Shown here: positions 56,451 to 64,000 of the stretch, one piece after another
Position numbering within the stretch: the stretch's first letter is position 1
Layout: every line of letters starts with the position of its first letter
Assembly (NCBI GenBank): GCA_964057225.1
Contig: OZ059897.1
Coordinates: forward strand, 15,252,001-15,316,000
Reading direction: 5' to 3'
DNA length: 64,000 bases
DNA from: Auanema rhodensis
Taxonomy: Eukaryota > Animalia > Nematoda
The notes under the pieces: model-generated
The model's input: the letters and a program-made list of their open reading frames with translations, nothing else
Databases searched by the model: none
What the model was told of the DNA's origin: nothing
Position numbers and translations under genes: made by a program

Positions 56451-58445
56451 AAAAAAGTAAAAGAAAGAGGAGAAATGACGGTTGGATGAGAATTGAGAGA
56501 GGAAGACGAGAAGAAGACAGTGAATGAACTGGACGCAAAATGAGAGGAGAGGACCTTAAAGAATATGAAGACGACGAGCATGATGAAGATTTTGTTTATG
56601 CAACGAAAAAAGAAAATCAATATTCACACTTTGAATAGTGAACAGATTGTAATTTTGACTGCCCTGAAGCAACGTAGGAAGAAGAAACAGAAAGAAGACA
56701 ATAAGCCTCAAACATTTAATGAAATCTGTTGAAATGAATTCAATGTTGAGTACGTATTCCTGAAAAATAGACTCAAAACTTACTTTCTGAGCTTCAAGCA
56801 TACACCTGAAGTATTGTTTTTTGGGTTATTATTAACTTAAACGGAAAGTCGGAAAGGAAAAATACATATGAAGTTAATCCATCGGCTTGATGAAAAGATG
56901 ATTGTAACAATGACGGTGTCGATCATTGGTGAGTGACGAGCAACCAGAAATAAGCATGAACAGGGAGTGATGATAGAGATGAGGAGAAGAAAATGCTAAA
57001 CAAGTATTAACAGGTTACATTGAAAGGAAATTAGCTTTTGAGCTTGGAAAAAGAATAAATCAATATCCTGTTTATCTTCTTCTAGGCATCTAGAGGACAG
57101 ACATAAGAGTAAATAGAGTGAAATCGAAACTACATTATTGGAATGACTAGAAGGCAACAACGGAGAACAATTTTCCATCAGATGTACACATGAAGGAATG
57201 GAGCTTGAAGAGCTCGAGGACGAGATATAACATACATGAACGATAGCAAGAGAGAGGGAAAGAGAGGTATGTGGATAGAGAGGGAGTTATAATTGACGGA
57301 GCTTGAGAGAATAAAGAAAACATACAGAGGCTGAGTGACGGAAAAAGTAGGTTGTCGTCGAAACAAAGAAGACAAGAAGAATTGCGACGACAATTTGGAT
57401 ACGCTATCGTCTCAATGTCTGTTGCTTGTGCAAGTCACGAGAAATATTTGGAATATCTCATGAGAATCAAGTTATTATCATATATAAGATATATTTTGTA
57501 TGAAGTTATATACTAATTAAGCTTATCTATATTAACTATATCAGATGTATATTCGAATTTTATACTGTCTTAGTTCATTCATCAAATTAAAACATTTGAT
57601 TGGTATATGGACTTATAAATTGATATTTGAAAAGGTAAAAGTTCTCAAAATGATGAAAAAAGGTGAAACTTGACAAGTTTCATTAGACATTGAGTTTAGT
57701 TTTGCATGCATGACTGAAAAAATGAATTATATTTCAATTGGAGGGTTTAGTTAGTATAGTTTATGAGTGACGAGAAGTCATAAATAACTCGTTGATGGAA
57801 TAATAGTTGAAACAGTAGTTAGTAATGAAAAATATACAAATAAAATCTCATGTACATAGAGTTATATCAATTATAATAATGATATATGACTTTAAGCGTT
57901 TGGAAAAATGGACAGCTTGGGGACTAACTGTTTTTGACGATGCCCGCTTTCTCAAACCCATTTAGTACATATCCGGGAGGTCTTGCAGACAGAACTGGAG
58001 GAGAATGGTTAATAAATAGAGAAAGAGAATGATTGGGTAAGGGACTCTGCGAACAAGGTTAAAGAGGGAGAGATAAAGAGACGAAAAGAGAACAAGACGT
58101 AGAGAGAAAGCTGGATGAGAGCAGATGGGTCGACTGGCAACCATCTGGCTCAGCTGAGTCGAATGCTAGGGTCTGGGGATGTGAGTGGAGAAAGGAGAGA
58201 GAGGGGAGGAGTCGAGTTTAGTATTTCTCTCTCCTTCGTTTCCGCCATCCCTCTGTATGACTGCTTTAGGCTATTTGTATGGTCAGCTATGGCATAGCTT
58301 GTCAGATCGTTTCAGATTTTTCAAATTGGTGAAAACGACGTTATGCCTGTCGGGCATATTAATGTTTAGAGAAAGAAGGAGAAGAATGGAGAAAGAAAAA
58401 GAAATGTTTAGTTATATACATAAATGGAAAAAGAAAAAGTAGAAG

Positions 58446-58488
58446 TGAGAGAGAGTGAGATAGAAAGAGATAGAGAGAGAGAGAGAGA
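58446..58488. repeat. Imperfect (GA)n microsatellite
   Basis: Direct reading. Confidence 0.85.
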
Positions 58489-59778
58489 TTGAACGAGTTG
58501 ATGAGCGTAGGATGTGCCTTACAGACATAGCAATAAGCTTGATCCCATACTTATGTGATGAAAATTGAAGTTGTAATATGGATGGCTAAAAAATTTAAGA
58601 ATGAAAAATTCTTTATAAAATCTTTTGAAAAGAAGAAGAAATAAATTAATTTTCTGTCAGCCTGGATTTCATTCGAAAATATGTGTATTGTGTTGTGAGC
58701 TGAGAAAAAGAGTTATAGCTTGAAAAAAAGAAAATAATATAATATTAAACAAAATAACTATCAACTTAATATATTTATAACGTATAGTATATAAATAATA
58801 TTAAAACTAATCGATAATACATTTATATATTTAAGAAAAACCATGTAGGTTTGTTATTGTTATTATGTATTGAACCAAATGTGCCCAAATTTGTATGTAA
58901 ATAATAATAATAATAATAATATTATTATAAATATATGAAAATTAATAAAGAATTTTGATTATATAAATATAAATAATTTTTATTTCCTAGAAATATATTT
59001 TTCTTAAACTTTTTTTTTATAAGATATAAAAATAATATCTTGAAAGTAGTAATAAGTTAGCTTCTTTACAATTGCTCTTTGTTCATTTAATTTTTTTATC
59101 TTCAATAATAATTTTGAATTTGAGCAATAAAAAAAAATATTTATGAAAATACTCTTATAAATAATGAAGATATAAAAAAGAAATTAAAAAAAGTTATAAG
59201 AAAACAAGTTGGATTGTTTGAATGAATCAACAACAACTTACTTTCATATAGCATAAAGAATTTGAATACGTGAGTAATTCACGTGGCCTACATATGCTCT
59301 TCATATATTATTTAAATTAAATAAAAAGAAATATATATATATATATATATATTATTATTATATGTTATGTTATATGTTAATTTTTATAAATTTGAATAAT
59401 ATCTATATATTCTATGTACATATGTTTATTAAACTATATATTATAATATCTAAATAAATATATATTTTGATAATTAGTTAATGTCAACATTAGTTTTGTT
59501 TAATATTTTATGAAATTATTATAATAAAACAAACTATTGTATAGTTCTTTTCGAAAATTGATAACAGAATACAACTGCAGCAAATAAAATGTGCAATGTT
59601 CAAACTTTTAAACTTGAAATTTGTATGAAACTCATTCAAAAAAAATGTTATCTTTTCTTTTTACAATTAGTTTTATGTATTTCGTATAGATTGTGTTTCT
59701 AATAATGATCACGTTCTGATAACAGAAACCTTCAAAAGCATCAAGAAAAGATACTAATTGATTTGATCACTTCAGAAT

Positions 59779-60803
59779 ATGTTTGTTCTCATACTTTCTA
59801 TAAGTATTTGGAGCTTTTGTGTGAGTTTTCTATTTAAATTTGAATAACAATTTACAGAAAAAAAAAACTATTTTTTCGTTGTTTCAGTCAGCTCAATATT
59901 ACAGTCTTGATTTTTCCCAGCCTGCTACATTGAGCCAATTTGAAGCATTAAAAAAAAGCGGATATAACAATTCAGCATTAAGGTAGAAAACATTTGAAAA
60001 CCTCAGATAGTTGGAGTTATTGAATAAAAAAATTTATATTTTAGAGCATTCGCACCAATAGGTAAAGGACAATTTGATCAAAATGTATGTAATAATATAA
60101 AAATAGCTAAAGAAGGTATATTTTCAATTATATTATAAGATATACATGATATATTCTTCATTTTTAAGCAAATCTAATATCTATGATCTACATGACTCCA
60201 CTACCAAAAGAGGATCCTGTAGCTCAAGTAAAAATAATGAATGATGGTTTAAAGGGCTGTAATCTTGTTTTCCACAAATTTTGGTTACAGGTATTACAAT
60301 ATTAATATAATATATAATTATAATTATAGGTTGTGAGACCTGCAGAATGGTTAGAAAAGGATATGAATGTCGCATTCATCAAAACCATCATTTCTGAAGC
60401 AATTACTGTATACTTCAACTCATAAGCTTTGATTAATCGGGATAATATATTTTAGAAGTTTCACCAGGTTGTAGGTATATACACTAGTCCTTCTGATTGG
60501 GAAAAAATTACTGGGGGAATTAATATTACTCATATTTCCGGATATGATCATCCATTATGGTAAATTATATAATATATTAATTATAAAGAGGAATTATTAA
60601 ATTTTGAGGTATTTTGATGGTAATTCAAATTCTAATTTCAATGATTTTGTGTCGTTTGGAGGATGGAGAGCTCCAATTATGAAGCAAACTCGACAAAGTC
60701 GCACAGTTGAAGGCATAGCTGCTAATATGTAAGATTAAACATTTTAAATATTTACGAAATTAACTTCTTTTTCAGTAACATATATGCTGCACTTTTCCAT
60801 TAG
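59779..60803 (+). CDS. Protist/Entamoeba-type (GH25-like) nematode lysozyme, lys-1/7/8-like class, 8 exons
   Basis: Signal peptide; YSLDFSQP; GY..R|AFAPIGKGQFD; IYMTP; FWLQV..P..W; GIYTS..DW..IT; PLWY; FNDFVSFGGW..P..KQ. Confidence 0.88.
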
Positions 60804-61236
60804 AACATAAGTATTATGATTATATATATGTTCATATATAAATATATTTTTGTTTTTTATTTTATTTTATTTCTTTTCATTATTGATAAATCGAATTGTA
60901 AATTAGTTATTTACGTGACAAGTGACGTAAATAATGAAAAAGAAATGAAAAATTAACATAAAATTTTGAAAAAAAAGAAAAAAGTTTCATTTTGAAAATG
61001 TTATTTGGAGAAAACGGTTGTGTTTCTTAAATATTTAAAAATTTAATAAAAATACATTTATTATAAAACAACTATATATACAACATAGTAATATACATAT
61101 ATAAACTAACAATTCAAACTAATAAAGTTATTCTATACTATACAACGGAAACACATAAGTTAAAACACCCGTATAGTAATGGAACGTCATGGTAAAAGCA
61201 AATATTTACAGGACTAACGAGGTAAATCATTAAAAC

Positions 61237-63349
61237 TTAGTCGACTTCTTCGACTGTTGGTCCACTGGATGGATGATTTCCTGGTGAGAAGCCTGTGTTG
61301 GTCTGTTGGTTACCACAAGACTGTGATCCAGCTTGATGAATCTTAGCCATGATAGATTGGCAAATCTGTTCCAACTCCTTCTGCTTGTGCTCATATTCAT
61401 CAACCTCAGCAGTTTGGTTAGAATCAATCCATCTGATTGTGTCATCACAAGCTGCTCGTGCTCGATTACGATCCTCAGAAGACAACTTGTTTGCATGCTC
61501 ATCTAGTGCTTGAGTTATCTGGAAAGAAAGAATATAAGATCAATTCAACTATATGATATAAGTTAACTTACTTGATAAGTATAGGATTCCAACTTGTTAC
61601 GAGCGGTCGTACGATTACGGGTCATGTTGTCTTCATGCTCAAACTTCTTCGCATCACTCAGCATGCGTTCAATCTCAGCTTGACTCAGACGTCCTTTCTC
61701 GTTCTTGATGGTGATTTGATTGCGTTTTCCGGTAGACTTGTCCTCAGCGCTGACGTTCAGGATTCCGTTAGCATCGACGTTGAAGGTTACTTCGATCTGA
61801 GGAACACCTCTTGGAGCAGGAGGGATTCCAGAAAGCTCAAACAATCCCAGACTGTGGTTGTCACGAGTCATAGCACGTTCTCCTTCGAATACTTGAATAG
61901 TGACTCCAGGTTGATTATCAGAATAGGTTGAAAAGATCTTGCTAGATTTGGTAGGAATACGAGTGTTTCGTTCGATGATGTTGGTCATAATTCCTCCAGC
62001 AGTTTCGATACCAAGACTCAATGGAGCTACATCGACCAGGAGCACATCCTTTATTCCTTGATCTTGAATTCCGGAGAGCACAGCAGCTTGAACGGCAGCT
62101 CCATAAGCGACAGCCTCATCAGGATTGATTGAACAATTGAGTTCACGACCGTTGAAGAAGTCTCGAAGAAGCTTCTGTACTCGAGGAATGCGAGTTGATC
62201 CTCCAACGAGTACAATCTCGTGAATCTTGGATTTATCCAACTTGGCATCTGATAAGGCTCTTTCCACGGAATCTAAGGTTGAGCGGAACAAGTCGTTGCA
62301 AAGTTCTTCGAATCGTGCTCTGGTTAGAGTAGAGCAGAAGTCGATGCCTTCATATAGGGAATCAACTTCAACAATGGCTTCAACAGAGCTCGAAAGAGTT
62401 CTCTTGGCACGTTCGCAGGCAGTACGAAGTCTTCTGAGAGCTCGAGGATTCGAAGTGATGTCCTTGTTGTGTTTTCTCTTGAATTCAGCGACAAAGTGTT
62501 GAAGAAGTCTCTGATCAAAGTCTTCTCCTCCAAGATGGGTGTTTCCGGAAGTTGAGAGAACTTCAAAGAGGGATCCCTCGCAAATCTGGAGAATGGAGAC
62601 ATCGAAAGTTCCACCTCCGAGATCAAAGATGAGGACGTTGCGGTCTCCATCCATGCTCTTATCCAAGCCATAAGCAAGAGCAGCAGCTGTTGGTTCATTC
62701 ACGATCCTGATAGCATTTAAACCAGCGATGGTAGCAGCATCCTTAGTTGCCTGACGTTGACTGTCATTGAAGTAGGCTGGAACGGTGATAACAGCATCTC
62801 TCACAGAGTGTCCAAGATATGTTTCAGCAGTTTCTTTCATCTTAGTGAGGACCATGGCAGAGATTTCTTCAGGATTAAATTGGCGTTTCTCAGCCTTATA
62901 TTCAACCTAAAACATAGAAATCAGTCGCGTTCATTGAAAATGAGTAAAATTGAAAAGAAAATTGGAAAGTCTGAATTTACTTACCTCTATTACTGGTTTT
63001 CCACCTTTGTTTTTAACAGCGAACGGCAAATTCTTGAGATCATCTTGGATTTGAGAATCATTGAATTGGCGACCAATCAATCGCTTTGCATCGAATACAG
63101 TACCCTGTGGATTACGGGCAGCTTGGTCCTTGGCTCCGTCACCAACTAATCGTTCAGAATCAGTGAAAGCTACATATGAGGGAGTGGTCTTATTTCCTTG
63201 ATCATTAGCTATGATTTCAACCTAAACAATCAAATTGAAATTTAAAGTTCATAAACTAAGAAAATTCAACTTACTTTTCCGTTTTGATAGACGGCTACAC
63301 AAGAATAGGTAGTCCCAAGATCAATTCCAATGGCTTTTGATGTCGACAT
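61237..63349 (-). CDS. hsp-70: Inducible cytosolic HSP70, 4 exons
   Basis: [38 protein letters not shown]-terminal GPTVEEVD; HSE and TATA upstream. Confidence 0.97.
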
Positions 63350-63468
63350 TTTGGAATATCAATTGAATATAAAGAGTAAATGATAATAGTTTTGAATAGC
63401 AGTTGTAGAATGTAGATATCAGATAATTTTCTGAGATTCTGGGGTGCTGAATGATTGAACCACGGTTC

Positions 63469-63515
63469 TTATATATCAAAATTGGAGAATTATCGCGCTC
63501 TTTCGCGAAAGTTCT
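63469..63515 (-). promoter_or_regulatory. hsp-70 TATA box and heat-shock element
   Basis: Minus strand aGAActTTCgcGAAa (63515-63501), TATATAA at 63475-63469; further partial HSEs at about 63590-63623. Confidence 0.9.
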
Positions 63516-64000
63516 TCTGCGCTCTCTCATAAGCACACACTCTCTCGCACTTATCTAACATGACTCAGCCACAACAACAAGATGATGCTAGAAATTTCTC
63601 GGTCATTCTAGCTTATTCAAGAATCTTTTTTTTTCAAAATACTATCAAAATACATACAAACAAGTGCATTCAAAAGGAATAAAAAAATAATCCGTCATAA
63701 GTCTCATAATTTCCAAAATTATTCATTTGTTTGCTTTCTTTTTACTATAGAAGTCTTAGAAAAATGGTTATTAAGTCTAAGAACTGTTGGAAATACTGGA
63801 TAAATACTTAATAGAATCAAATCAATGAAACAAATCGTAAAATTATAAAAATAGATAATATTAGAGGAAACCCGGAACCTTCATTTTCTTTATCAAATCA
63901 TTTTGTTATTAGTGTCTGATGTAACATTAGAATTTAGTTATACTTAAAAGTTCTAAGCTTTTCTAAAATATTTATTAAGATTCATTGTTTTCAGACAAAC

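Noticed and set aside
56237-56620. ER-repeat and SL-repeat ORFs
   Set aside because: Translations of the (GA)n microsatellite
61572-63149. Plus-strand ORFs over hsp-70
   Set aside because: Antisense shadows of the HSP70 CDS

Overview
AT-rich, intron-dense nematode (rhabditid-like) genomic DNA. Introns are mostly 40-55 nt and trans-splice-like acceptors sit just before many ATGs. I spliced about 17 genes by hand. Left end, minus strand: a probable 3-gene operon with an unknown protein, a SMIM20/phoenixin-precursor homolog and a truncated gene. Then mab-9/Tbx20, a tetraspanin, zyg-11 and an F-box gene. A + strand operon-like run follows: alpha-tubulin, C1orf50-like, arp-6, sap-49, nrf-6, swsn-7/ARID2, hda-2/HDAC3. 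The right part holds a scramblase/Tubby-C-like gene, a non-catalytic-type lysozyme and an inducible hsp-70 with a perfect HSE. Most notable: (1) a nematode phoenixin-like precursor that keeps VWSDPF-G-KK and has a presequence-like N-terminal extension; (2) a possible zero-spacer (SL1-type) operon junction right after it; (3) conserved but rearranged microsynteny with the C. elegans C08B11 block, here apparently headed by a tubulin; (4) relaxed splice signals (three GC-AG introns, many AAG acceptors, one GAG); (5) candidate splicing switches in zyg-11 and nrf-6. Gene names come from remembered family motifs, not database searches, and exon models are manual.
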